Shown here in pieces: positions 7,864 to 16,795 of a stretch of DNA of 19,444 bases. The first letter of the stretch is position 1; each line of letters starts with the position of its first letter. The DNA is from a bacterium (lineage in GTDB: Bacteria > Eisenbacteria > RBG-16-71-46): assembly GCA_043779265.1 (NCBI GenBank), contig JAYWEM010000127.1, positions 1-19,444 on the forward strand, written 5' to 3'. The translations under genes and the position numbers were made by a program. A model generated the notes under the pieces. It saw nothing but the letters and a program-made list of their open reading frames with translations. It had not been told where the DNA came from and did not search any database.

Positions 7864-10800
7864 CGCAACAGTCCCACCGGCAGGCTCTCGATGTGGGCGC
7901 CGCCCGGGCCGGCGAAGCGCAGACGTGCCACATAGAGTCCCGCTGGTAGCGCACCCGGATCCCAGATCTCGACGTTCTCGGAGCGCTGACCGGGACGCGT
8001 GAAGGAAGCCACTTCATGCCCCGAGGCATCGAGGACGCGGAACTCGACGGAGGCCGCCTCACTCAGCGTGTAGGCGAACCGCACGAACTGCCCACGAGCG
8101 GGATTCGGATAGGCCTTGAGCGAGCCTCGCACCAGCGGTCCTCCACTCGCCGCCGCCGGAGACGTCGTGCGTCCGATCGGCAGACTGGAGGTGCGGCCGG
8201 GATCGCCCGCCAGCATTCGCCAGCTACTCACATCGGGTGTGCCCTCGGAGACCGGAAGCGAGTAGGCGTAGAACTGTCCGAAGCGATCGGGGGCCACGAG
8301 ATCGAGCGAGCCGTCACGATCGAGGTCGGCAGCGACCATCGAGCCGAACGCTCCCGAGCCGGTGGCGAGCGGCCACCCCTCCGGCATCCGACCGGAGGGC
8401 TCGAGAGCGGCGATGATGCCGCTGCCGTTCAGCGCCACGACCTCGCTGCGCGAGTCATTCGTGACATCGATCGCCAGCGGCGGCGTGTTGGTCTCGAATC
8501 GCTCGCGCGGCCCGCGCTTGGGCCAGCCCGGCGACGGATGTCCCGAGGCGTTGATGAACGCCAGTGATCCACGTCGGGTCTGGACGAGCACCTCGGGGAA
8601 GCCATCGCCGTCGGGATCCCCCGCAGCCAAACCGTCGACGAGCGTGTCGCCGAGCGATGCGCCCCAGCCACGCAGGGCACCGCCGCTCGGGCAGTAGGCG
8701 AGCAGTCGATCGACATCTCGCATGACCAGCGTCGGCTCGCCCGCGGCACAGTTGCCCTCGGCGTGGACGCCCTCGCCACCCAGGCGCAACCACAGGAAGT
8801 CCGGCTCCATGCCGGCTCGGCCGACGACGCGCGGCCAGCCCGTGACAGCCGCCCCCGAAGGCAGCGCGTACACACTCACCTCTCCCAGCGCCGTGCCCGC
8901 GGCGAGCGTCACGGCCAGCGCGGGCGGCGAACCCGAGGTGAGGATCGAAGGAACCGCCCACGCGGCGAGTCTTCCGGTGATCGGCCCGCTCAAGGCCGGG
9001 CTCGTGGTCGCGACCAAGGACGCCGTCGTGCCGTAGATGCGAACGCGACCGTCCGCGCAACCCACGGCGACCTGCGTGAACGGCCATTCACCGATCAGGA
9101 CCGGTGGCGTGGTCGCACCCGAGGTCGGCCGGATTGGCCAGCCGGGCAGAGGCGTGCCCGTGTGGTCGACCAGCCAGAGCCTGCCGCCCAGCGGGTCGGC
9201 GGCGTCCTCGAGCACGGTGGTCGCGGCGAAGACAGAAGGGCCTTCCGCGAACGTGGCGTCGCCCGTGACCACGGCTGCCATCACCGGGAGCACACGCCGA
9301 TCGAGCACGGCGAAGGCGATGTCGCCCCCTGCCAGACCGGTGCCATCGGGTCGCAGCGCGAAGAGCGAGGCGCTGTCGGCGGCCGAACGGTGCCCGCCCG
9401 CCCAGCACACCTCGAGCCCGCGCACGCCATCGGCATCGATCGCCAACGGCCGCGGCCCACCTTCGATGAAGGCTCCCGTGGCGACGGGCCAGCCGGCCAA
9501 CTGCCAGGCGCGCCGCACGACGATGCGCATCGTGGAGTCAGCGTCATCGAGGAACTCGATGCGACGATGCGGCCGCGTGCCCTGGTTCGGGATCAGATTC
9601 GGTCGCGTGGAATCGGACAGCACCGCGTTGACGGAACGCTGGTAGGGATCGAGCGGGCTGCCGAGGATGTAGGGCGAGCCCAAGTCGCCGAGGTCATCCA
9701 GGCCGTCGGCCTCCAAGATCTGGATCCCGAGCCGGAACCGGTTCGAGTTGAAGCCGTAGTCGGGATTGATGCGCAGCGAGGTCTCGAACGGGATGACGCT
9801 GTCATCCACCTTCCACACGAGGATGCCGCCGCCCGGCAGGAGCGCATCGTACTCGTATCGGTCCGGGCTCTTCGGCCCGAGGATGACGCGCGTGACCGGA
9901 TCCTGGTCGAGTTCGACGGCAGCTGCCGGTGCGAGATAACGGTTCTCGATCAGCAGATACTCATCCGACGACAGCGGCACCTGGGCGATGTCGGCGTGGC
10001 GCTGGCTCGATCGCAGGCTGATCGTATCGCCCGACGCGGGCTCGAAGAACGTCAGACCGCTTCCCATGAACTGGCGATGGAATGGGTCGACCGAGGGTGG
10101 GAGCAATCCGGTCGCGAAGATCTCGCTGCCATCTCGAAGCAGCACGCGTGAGCCGACGAGATTGCCGCTGTCCATGAGCGTCCAATAGCCACACACCGGG
10201 TAGCCGGAGTTGATGTCGTAGACATCCGCGAAGCCGAACAGGTTGTGGCCGTTCTCATGCGTGAGCACGCCGTTGATGGCGCTGTAGAAGCCGTCCTGGT
10301 TCCCGGTCTCGGGCACATAGGCAACGCGGTCGATCGCGCGCGTCAGCGAATCCGGGAAGATCACCACGTCCGTGTCCCCGACGAAGATCGTGAACGACGG
10401 GATGTCGAACTCGCTGTCCTGCCGGAGGTCGCTCTGCAGGTCGCTGCCCGCGTGCAGGATCGTGTAGCGATCGTAGGAATCCCACGGCACGCGCGCGCCT
10501 TGTCGCGTCGACTGCGAGTCCGCCGCGAAGAACATCGTGCGCATCATCCGGACCGCGGCGCCATAGACATCCCGACTGAACTTCCACGGCCCGAAGTCGG
10601 CCTTGTCGGTGCAGTGGTACGCGCTGTCCTCCTCGGCCGGCCAGACATCGACCTCGAGCTGCACCCGCCCATAGCTCTGAACATCGACATAGCGCTCGAG
10701 CGCACGCGCGTGATGCTCGAAGTACGTGCGATTGCGCGGCGCGCGATCGATTGGAACGGCGTTGGTGTCCGCCGGGGTCAGATCGAATCGCCCATTGCCG

Positions 10801-11213
10801 GAAGTCAGACTCCCGGTGCGATCCTGAAGGAAGTCGATGCGAAGCATCGCCATGCGGATGACCGTATCGGGCACGACGGCGCCATCGACAGCGAACCGGG
10901 TCGGTGTGCGACGCCACTGGGCGAGGCGTTCGGCGAGACGCCCGCGCTCGAGATCGGGCCCGTTCGCCATCACGGCGCGCTTGATCGGCAGGATCGCGCG
11001 ATGCTGCTGCGCACGGAGCCGGGCGATCTCCGCCTCGGCCTCGGTCATCACCGCGGCATGGGTACGGACGCCATGGCGATGCGCCTCGGCCAGATCGCGC
11101 GCCGGTGCCACGGCCCGCACGCGGAGCGGGGCCTGATGCGCCACGGCCGCATCAGGCATGGAGCCCAGCGCGGCCGCGGACAGAAGAGCGAGGAAGAACC
11201 GGTTCAGACGCAC
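7860..11213 (-). CDS. M6 (immune inhibitor A-like) zinc metalloprotease with FG-GAP/VCBS-like repeats and a T9SS type A C-terminal sorting domain (1117 aa)
   Basis: Start reassigned from 11417 to GTG 11213 (7 nt after the porV-like stop), which gives a signal peptide (RLNRFFLALLSAAALGSMPDAAVA). Motifs: ILHAG, zinc site THENGHNLFGFADVYD, Met-turn YWTLMDSG, EYLLIENR, GGGILVWKVD. Repeats GWP...AAGDPDGDGFPEVLV, AIDVTNDSRSEVVA, AADLDRDGSLDLVA. CTD LKAYPNPARG...VLDASGHEV...LPAGLYVARL. Confidence 0.85.
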   Translation of the reverse strand: MRLNRFFLALLSAAALGSMPDAAVAHQAPLRVRAVAPARDLAEAHRHGVRTHAAVMTEAEAEIARLRAQQHRAILPIKRAVMANGPDLERGRLAERLAQWRRTPTRFAVDGAVVPDTVIRMAMLRIDFLQDRTGSLTSGNGRFDLTPADTNAVPIDRAPRNRTYFEHHARALERYVDVQSYGRVQLEVDVWPAEEDSAYHCTDKADFGPWKFSRDVYGAAVRMMRTMFFAADSQSTRQGARVPWDSYDRYTILHAGSDLQSDLRQDSEFDIPSFTIFVGDTDVVIFPDSLTRAIDRVAYVPETGNQDGFYSAINGVLTHENGHNLFGFADVYDINSGYPVCGYWTLMDSGNLVGSRVLLRDGSEIFATGLLPPSVDPFHRQFMGSGLTFFEPASGDTISLRSSQRHADIAQVPLSSDEYLLIENRYLAPAAAVELDQDPVTRVILGPKSPDRYEYDALLPGGGILVWKVDDSVIPFETSLRINPDYGFNSNRFRLGIQILEADGLDDLGDLGSPYILGSPLDPYQRSVNAVLSDSTRPNLIPNQGTRPHRRIEFLDDADSTMRIVVRRAWQLAGWPVATGAFIEGGPRPLAIDADGVRGLEVCWAGGHRSAADSASLFALRPDGTGLAGGDIAFAVLDRRVLPVMAAVVTGDATFAEGPSVFAATTVLEDAADPLGGRLWLVDHTGTPLPGWPIRPTSGATTPPVLIGEWPFTQVAVGCADGRVRIYGTTASLVATTSPALSGPITGRLAAWAVPSILTSGSPPALAVTLAAGTALGEVSVYALPSGAAVTGWPRVVGRAGMEPDFLWLRLGGEGVHAEGNCAAGEPTLVMRDVDRLLAYCPSGGALRGWGASLGDTLVDGLAAGDPDGDGFPEVLVQTRRGSLAFINASGHPSPGWPKRGPRERFETNTPPLAIDVTNDSRSEVVALNGSGIIAALEPSGRMPEGWPLATGSGAFGSMVAADLDRDGSLDLVAPDRFGQFYAYSLPVSEGTPDVSSWRMLAGDPGRTSSLPIGRTTSPAAASGGPLVRGSLKAYPNPARGQFVRFAYTLSEAASVEFRVLDASGHEVASFTRPGQRSENVEIWDPGALPAGLYVARLRFAGPGGAHIESLPVGLLR

Positions 11214-11220
11214 GCGTCGA

Positions 11221-12171
11221 TCAGAATCGGTAGCCCAACGTGATCTTGGAGACATTCGGCAGATCCGAGTCCTTGGCCTGGGGGATGCTCGCGAAGTCGA
11301 GGCTGACGCCCTTCCAGCCCACACCCAGACCATACGTGAGGTCGTTGATCTGGCCGAGCGGATCATGGTAGTAGCCGACGCGGCCGGCGATCTGGTCCGT
11401 GTAGCGCAACTCGACACCGCCGTTCCAAGTGTAGAATTCGTTGGTCACGAGCGACTGGTTGAAGTCCCCCACCACCATGACGCGGAACTCGTCATCGCCG
11501 TAGGCCTCCCAGGCCGCGCCAGCCTTGAGATTGCGCGACAGCGGGCTGCGCTGGTCCTCATTGAGGAACGTGACGCTCGGCCCGACGTTCTGCACGTTGA
11601 TCCCCAGGTTCAGTTTGACGGCCGGGACGCGGTAGAACGCGGCGAGATCGACGCCGAAGGTCGAGCCGACGCCCGATTGGGTCTCGGGGGCGAGTTCGAT
11701 GCGGATGTACTTGAGCGAGGCGCCGACCGAGAAGTCCGGCAGCAGCTGCACGCCGTAGTGGAGCGCCGGTGAGACCTCGTAGGAGGAGAAGATCCCCGTC
11801 GGGTTGCCGTTGATATCCGTGCCTTCGCTCTTGCCGTAGTTGAGGAAGACCAGACCGAGGCCGAACGCCCCGAGTCCCTCGACCGGCTTCACGAATGAGG
11901 CGTAGTTGTAGGTGACGTCGTCGGCGAGGCCCGGGACCAACTGGGCGAAGGTGATCTCAACGGCGCTCTTCTTGACGAAGCCGAGCGCGGCCGGATTCCA
12001 CCAGGTGACTCCCGTGGCGTCCTCGGCCAGTGCGACCCCTGCCGCTCCGAGCCCGTTCTGGCGGGCCCCCGGCTGGATGTCCAACGAGCGGCCGGTTCCC
12101 TGTGCGAAGGCGCTGCCGGTGAGACAGACACCCAGGACGAGACTGACGGCCACGGTCGTAGAAAGACGCAT
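11221..12171 (-). CDS. porV: PorV/PorQ-family (FadL-like) T9SS outer-membrane beta-barrel, 316 aa
   Basis: Start reassigned to ATG 12171 with SD GAGGAG and a signal peptide ending AFA. Family signature SLDIQPGARQNGLGAAGVALAEDATGVTWWNPAALGF, plus VGASLKYI, FGVDLAAFY, LGINVQNVGP and C-terminal ITLGYRF. It lies directly downstream of porU, as in Bacteroidota porU-porV loci. Confidence 0.85.
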   Translation of the reverse strand: MRLSTTVAVSLVLGVCLTGSAFAQGTGRSLDIQPGARQNGLGAAGVALAEDATGVTWWNPAALGFVKKSAVEITFAQLVPGLADDVTYNYASFVKPVEGLGAFGLGLVFLNYGKSEGTDINGNPTGIFSSYEVSPALHYGVQLLPDFSVGASLKYIRIELAPETQSGVGSTFGVDLAAFYRVPAVKLNLGINVQNVGPSVTFLNEDQRSPLSRNLKAGAAWEAYGDDEFRVMVVGDFNQSLVTNEFYTWNGGVELRYTDQIAGRVGYYHDPLGQINDLTYGLGVGWKGVSLDFASIPQAKDSDLPNVSKITLGYRF

Positions 12172-12176
12172 ACGTA

Positions 12177-12183
12177 CTCCTCT
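12177..12183 (-). promoter_or_regulatory. Strong Shine-Dalgarno site of porV
   Basis: The minus strand reads AAGAGGAGTACGT-ATG, with AGAGGAG 5 nt before the ATG at 12171. Confidence 0.75.
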
Positions 12184-12293
12184 TAGAGTTCTTGGGAAGC
12201 CCCAGCGAGCGGACGGCACTCTTCGCCGCATACTACACCGCAGGGGGGTCGCTTTCTCCCGGCGTTCGACCTCCCGCCAGGGAATGTTCGGGC

Positions 12294-15200
12294 TCAGTGA
12301 TTGAGGATGACGAACCGTCCCTCGGCGATGGCCCGCTGCCGCGGGCTGGAGGTTCCATCGGCATCCCGCACACTGACATGCACCTTGAAGAGATAGGGCC
12401 CGTTGGCGAGGGGTTCTCCTTCGGCATCGCGCCCGTCCCAGGGGATCTGGACCTGCCCCAGCCCCCCGAACTGCCGGAGCGTCCGGACCAGCCGGCCGCT
12501 GACCGTGTAGACCCGGATCAGGGTGTTCACCGAGTCCCCGGGGGCATCCACGATGAAGGCTCCCCCGGATCCGGGTCCCTTGGAACTTGCCGGCGTCGGG
12601 AAGAGATAGGCGCGCGCCACATTGAGCGGCGGGACGTCGACCACCTCGAAATCGATGCTGGTCGAGGAGCGATGCTGGGAGGCCGTAATGCCGGTGGCGA
12701 GGTTGTCGGCGGCCGAGACACGGATGCGATGCGGCCCGGCTGCGAGGTTCGGAAGCTGGAACGTCGCCGTGCCCGACTGATAGGAGTCGGCGGCATAGCG
12801 GAACGTCGAGGTGACGTCGGTGCGATTCGTCGTGTTGTCGTCCACCGTGACGACGATCGAGTTCTGGAGCGAGTGACCGGTCGTCATGATGCCGCTCTCA
12901 TCGAACAGATCGATCTGCAAGGTGGCATCCGGCCTCACTGAGACCGCACCCCCGACGAAGGACAGATTGATGCGCGGCCCCTCGATGTCGCTCGACGGGG
13001 CCGTGCCGGGGACGACCGGCGCACGCAACGTGCCGACACCATCGACATCGAACCGCGCGTCCGTCTCGCGCCCCTGGATGTACGCCCTCACGCGCCCGGC
13101 ATCGCCGGCCACGGCATCGAGCGGCACCACGAAGCGCCCCTCGAAGAGGCCGCCCACCGTCGAGACATCGCCCTTGAACATGGGCCCCGCGGTGTAGAAG
13201 AACGGCGTCGCGCCGAACCCGCAACCGCTCTGATTGGAAGTCACCTCGATCGGACGCGAGTCCTCGATCAGGAGACTCGCCACGCCCGTGTAGGGAACCT
13301 GGCTTCCTCCCGGCTGGTCGAGCACACGACCGCGGAAGGTGACGGTCTGCCCGCGTTGCATCGACGTGACCGGGTCGCCGTTCGAGTCCTCGAGCGAGAG
13401 TTCCGTCCACAGCCTCGGCAGGTTCAAGCGCGTCGCCGCATCGCCCATCAACTGGTACTTGGAGTTGTTCGTGACGCTGGAGCCCGCGCGCTCCTTCGCT
13501 GCCAGCAGCGCCGCCGAGATGGGCACATGGTACTGCCCCGTCCCATCCAAGGTGTCCCCGCGCACCAACAGATCATCGCGCCGGAAGAACTGCTCGTAGA
13601 GGTAGAGATTGAGGATCGCGTTGTCCCCGCTGAACGCCAGTTCAGTCGCCGAGATGACCGCGACCGCGCCGCCAGTACCGGTCATCACCAGTCGCTCGCC
13701 GAGACTCTGCACCGTCGGATCGTTGAACTTGCCGACATCGCAGGAGGCGGCGACGAACAGCGGCATGCGCGCGCCGTTGGTCAGCGTGCCGGCATCACTG
13801 TCGATGAAGACCGACTCATCGCTGATCTTGAACGGACTGCCATGCCCGACGTAGTTGAAGACCGAGACACCGGCGTTGATATTGTCCTTGATCGCGGCGC
13901 GTGCTCCGGGCCGCGTCCCTCCCGGCCCGCTCGGATACGTGTGCAGGTAGACGTACGCGCGATCGACGTGCGGCTCGATGCTGGCCGTGTCGAGGAAGGC
14001 CGTCTGGAACAAGTGCGTCCAGCCGAGTCCGTCGCAGCGATCGCCCTGCAGGTCGTCATCGGCGATCAGCATGAAACGATTGCGGTATTCGCCGAACGGG
14101 GCAGTGCGCTCGTAGCGCAGGATCTTGTCGCGGACCACGGCGAGCGCGGTCGAGGCGTCGTTGGCGGGGAGCCGCCCCCCGAGGAAGTCGGGGATCAGCA
14201 GCCCTGCGTTGTTGATGTTGAGCATCCAGTCATCGGAGGCGTACATGCGCTGCACGATGAAGCTGTTGTCGAACAGGTTGTCGTAGGTCGTCACGAGCGT
14301 CCCCGGCTGTCCCGCCGGAGCCCGCCCCGTGATGTCCTTGTAGTCGTACGAGCCATCCCCGAGGAACGTCACGAACGTCGGCCGCCCGGTCCAGTTGAAG
14401 AATGCCGAGCGCAGGAAGTTCCGGATGGCACCCGGGTCGATGCGTCCGCCCGAGAACTGATCGTGGATCGCCGAGACCGGGATCGCCACGGCCTCGAACG
14501 ACGTGCGGCCATCCGTCAGCGGCAGCGACGAGCGGCGCCACTCGACCAACGAGTCGGCCGCGGTCTTGAAGCCGTCGTAGTAGATGAGCACGTAGTCGGC
14601 CGAGCGCTGCGGTGAGCGCAGATTGTCGAGGCTCGTGAACGCGGCATCCGAGATCTGACTCGCGGGCAGGATGCCGCGAGTGAGGACCGAGTCCGGCATC
14701 AGCTCGTAGCGCTTGCGGCTGGTCTGCGTGTCCTCGAACGCCAGGATCGAGCTCGCATACGACCCGCCGACGAGTTCGACCGGCCGCAGCGGGTCCGAGA
14801 CATCGAACGCCCGAGGCGGTGTGGGCGTGATGAACGGGCCCGTGTTGTAGCGGAACGTGCCGGCCGATGCAGGCGTGCGGAACGCGAGGCGATCGGCTTC
14901 CGGCACCAGGCGGCGCTCATAGAACACATCGACCCAGGCGAGCGCGCTGCGATCGATGCGCTGAGGACACTGGGGCGGCGGCGTGACCACCGGCACGGCG
15001 AGCGCGATCCGATTCGGCTGGCTCGTCGTGAGGAAGAAGCCCGTGGTGTCGATCGTCAGAGCGCCACCTCGGCGATCGGTGGAACCGCGCCATCCCTTGC
15101 GATTGAACGCCATGCCATTGACGGTCACATCGAGCAGATGGTCCGACGGGCTCATATTCGAGGGACAGCCCAAGGTGATGAAGTTGTCGGTCAGCCCCCA

Positions 15201-16604
15201 CTGCCGCAGCCGGATGCGGGCGGGCTGCGAGAGGTCGGCGTGGGGCAACGGGAAATCGACGTTGAAGAACCCGCCCTGGGACATGCTCCGCCAGAACCAC
15301 TTCTCCCAGAACAGCGTGCTCACGGTGGCACTGACATCGGGCCAGAACTCGAGATCCTGCTCGAGGTGGACGCGATCGCTCACCGTCGAGACGGGGGTGC
15401 CCGCACCGAGTGGGGTCACACTGCGAGTCGTGATCCGCCTCGGCACACCGCCGACCGGCGCCTCGGATGTGGCGATCGTCAGGTAGTAGAAGTTACGGGC
15501 TTCGTAAGGGTGGTTGATGAACGAGGTGTCGGGACGCGACGGATCGAACTCGTCGGCCCAACCGCTGGCCCCCTGCGCGAAGAAGTAGAACGTGTCGTTG
15601 TTATCCGAGAAACGACCGTCGCCTCGGGCATCGATGGCGCCGATCGCGACCTCACGGTAGTCGCACGTGTCGCAGTAGTTCGCCTCGGGCAGGACCGGGA
15701 AGCCGGGCAACGTGAACAACCGCAGCGAGTCGATCGCGCAGCTGTCATTACTGAACAGCGCCGTCGTGCGCAGCCGCGAGTAGTTGACGGCATAGAAACC
15801 CGCGCGATCGAGCGCGAAGCGCACCCAGGTGCGCCCGACGAAGACGCTCGTGTCGGGGGGATTCACGAAGCCGTTCGCGGCCGAGGGCTCGATACCCATC
15901 TGACGAGCAGCATGCGCGAGCACGGCCGTCGCGGGCCGACGCCACGAGACGCCCTGCTGGTAGTTGACGAGCGTCGTACGATAGATGGACTCGAAGGCGT
16001 CGCGCGGCTCGGCGGGCGGGCCCAGATCCGCCATCGGCTGCACCTGGAGATCGATGTCGACACGGCGCGCCAGGGTCAATCGCCTACTCGAAGGCGAGTA
16101 GGCGGCCGGCTCGATCGCGATCCTCGCGACGCGCTGGTTGCGCATCCACCCGGTTCCGATGAGGCGGGCGCCGATGGGCTGCAGACTGCCCTCGGCCCCA
16201 TACGCGGCGAGATCGCGGCGCAGGACCATGGGGTCATTCGGATCGCGAGCGGGCGCGAGCAGCGGCGCGAGCAGCAGTCGATCGATCGACTCGAGTTCCG
16301 AGGCGACGGCGCGCAGGCGGACCTCGCCGAGCGGCGGGATGGCGACCGTGACGATCCGGAGCGGGAGCGCTGGCCCCCCGGGTTCCGGCGCCTCCAGATG
16401 GTGGTCGGCCAGTTCGAGACGCGTGAGGCCGTCCGAGTGGTCGAGCACGGTGGTCGTCGGAGCCGGGATCGACACGGTGAATCGAACCGCTCCCGGTGTG
16501 GCCGGCGCCAAGCGCACTGATTCGGCCAGCGGCCTCGAATCCACCGGCGGAGCGAACACGAGAAACAGAGCGAGACCGGCGATGGCCCGGCGAAGCGATG
16601 TCAT
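12294..16604 (-). CDS. porU: T9SS sortase PorU-like C25 (gingipain-family) cysteine peptidase, 1436 aa
   Basis: Start reassigned from 16835 to ATG 16604 (purine-rich GAGAGGGAG upstream, signal peptide MTSLRRAIAGLALFLVFAPPVDS). C25-propeptide-like region (PGGPALP...GWMRNQRVARIAIEPAAYSP). PorU blocks IHDQFSGGRIDPGAIRNFL, FLGDGSYDYKD, ASDDW, LIADD; catalytic FNYVGHGS and AASCDVGKF; YQLMGDA; DIEGPRINL, DESGIMTTG, GPHRIRVSAADN; C-terminal Ig/CTD WDGRDAEGEPLANGPYLFKV. Confidence 0.9.
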   Translation of the reverse strand: MTSLRRAIAGLALFLVFAPPVDSRPLAESVRLAPATPGAVRFTVSIPAPTTTVLDHSDGLTRLELADHHLEAPEPGGPALPLRIVTVAIPPLGEVRLRAVASELESIDRLLLAPLLAPARDPNDPMVLRRDLAAYGAEGSLQPIGARLIGTGWMRNQRVARIAIEPAAYSPSSRRLTLARRVDIDLQVQPMADLGPPAEPRDAFESIYRTTLVNYQQGVSWRRPATAVLAHAARQMGIEPSAANGFVNPPDTSVFVGRTWVRFALDRAGFYAVNYSRLRTTALFSNDSCAIDSLRLFTLPGFPVLPEANYCDTCDYREVAIGAIDARGDGRFSDNNDTFYFFAQGASGWADEFDPSRPDTSFINHPYEARNFYYLTIATSEAPVGGVPRRITTRSVTPLGAGTPVSTVSDRVHLEQDLEFWPDVSATVSTLFWEKWFWRSMSQGGFFNVDFPLPHADLSQPARIRLRQWGLTDNFITLGCPSNMSPSDHLLDVTVNGMAFNRKGWRGSTDRRGGALTIDTTGFFLTTSQPNRIALAVPVVTPPPQCPQRIDRSALAWVDVFYERRLVPEADRLAFRTPASAGTFRYNTGPFITPTPPRAFDVSDPLRPVELVGGSYASSILAFEDTQTSRKRYELMPDSVLTRGILPASQISDAAFTSLDNLRSPQRSADYVLIYYDGFKTAADSLVEWRRSSLPLTDGRTSFEAVAIPVSAIHDQFSGGRIDPGAIRNFLRSAFFNWTGRPTFVTFLGDGSYDYKDITGRAPAGQPGTLVTTYDNLFDNSFIVQRMYASDDWMLNINNAGLLIPDFLGGRLPANDASTALAVVRDKILRYERTAPFGEYRNRFMLIADDDLQGDRCDGLGWTHLFQTAFLDTASIEPHVDRAYVYLHTYPSGPGGTRPGARAAIKDNINAGVSVFNYVGHGSPFKISDESVFIDSDAGTLTNGARMPLFVAASCDVGKFNDPTVQSLGERLVMTGTGGAVAVISATELAFSGDNAILNLYLYEQFFRRDDLLVRGDTLDGTGQYHVPISAALLAAKERAGSSVTNNSKYQLMGDAATRLNLPRLWTELSLEDSNGDPVTSMQRGQTVTFRGRVLDQPGGSQVPYTGVASLLIEDSRPIEVTSNQSGCGFGATPFFYTAGPMFKGDVSTVGGLFEGRFVVPLDAVAGDAGRVRAYIQGRETDARFDVDGVGTLRAPVVPGTAPSSDIEGPRINLSFVGGAVSVRPDATLQIDLFDESGIMTTGHSLQNSIVVTVDDNTTNRTDVTSTFRYAADSYQSGTATFQLPNLAAGPHRIRVSAADNLATGITASQHRSSTSIDFEVVDVPPLNVARAYLFPTPASSKGPGSGGAFIVDAPGDSVNTLIRVYTVSGRLVRTLRQFGGLGQVQIPWDGRDAEGEPLANGPYLFKVHVSVRDADGTSSPRQRAIAEGRFVILNH

Positions 16605-16627
16605 GGGTGCGTGCGCTCCCTCTCGGC

Positions 16628-16795
16628 TCAGAACTTCTCCGCCTCGTCGACGAGCATCACCGGGATGTCGTCCACCACCTTGTAGCGTAGGCGGCAGGCC
16701 GAGCAGGTGAGCGTCAGAGCGGCTTCGTCGTAAGCGAGATCGCCCTTGCATGCGGGGCAGACCAGGATGCTCAACAGATCGGGGCTGAGCGCCAT
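16628..16795 (-). CDS. Trm112/YcaR (UPF0434)-family small protein, 55 aa
   Basis: Not in the ORF track. Manual translation [55 protein letters not shown] matches the classic LL.IL.CP.CKG.L...L.C..C...Y...D.IPVML.DEA pattern with two CxxC motifs. SD GGAAGAGG lies upstream. Confidence 0.93.
   Translation of the reverse strand: MALSPDLLSILVCPACKGDLAYDEAALTLTCSACRLRYKVVDDIPVMLVDEAEKF

Noticed and set aside
11214..11417. Upstream extensions of the protease ORF, and likewise of the NHL (6150-6407), porV (12172-12231) and accA (17912-17941) ORFs
   Set aside because: They overlap upstream genes or precede better starts that have SD sites, coupling or signal peptides.
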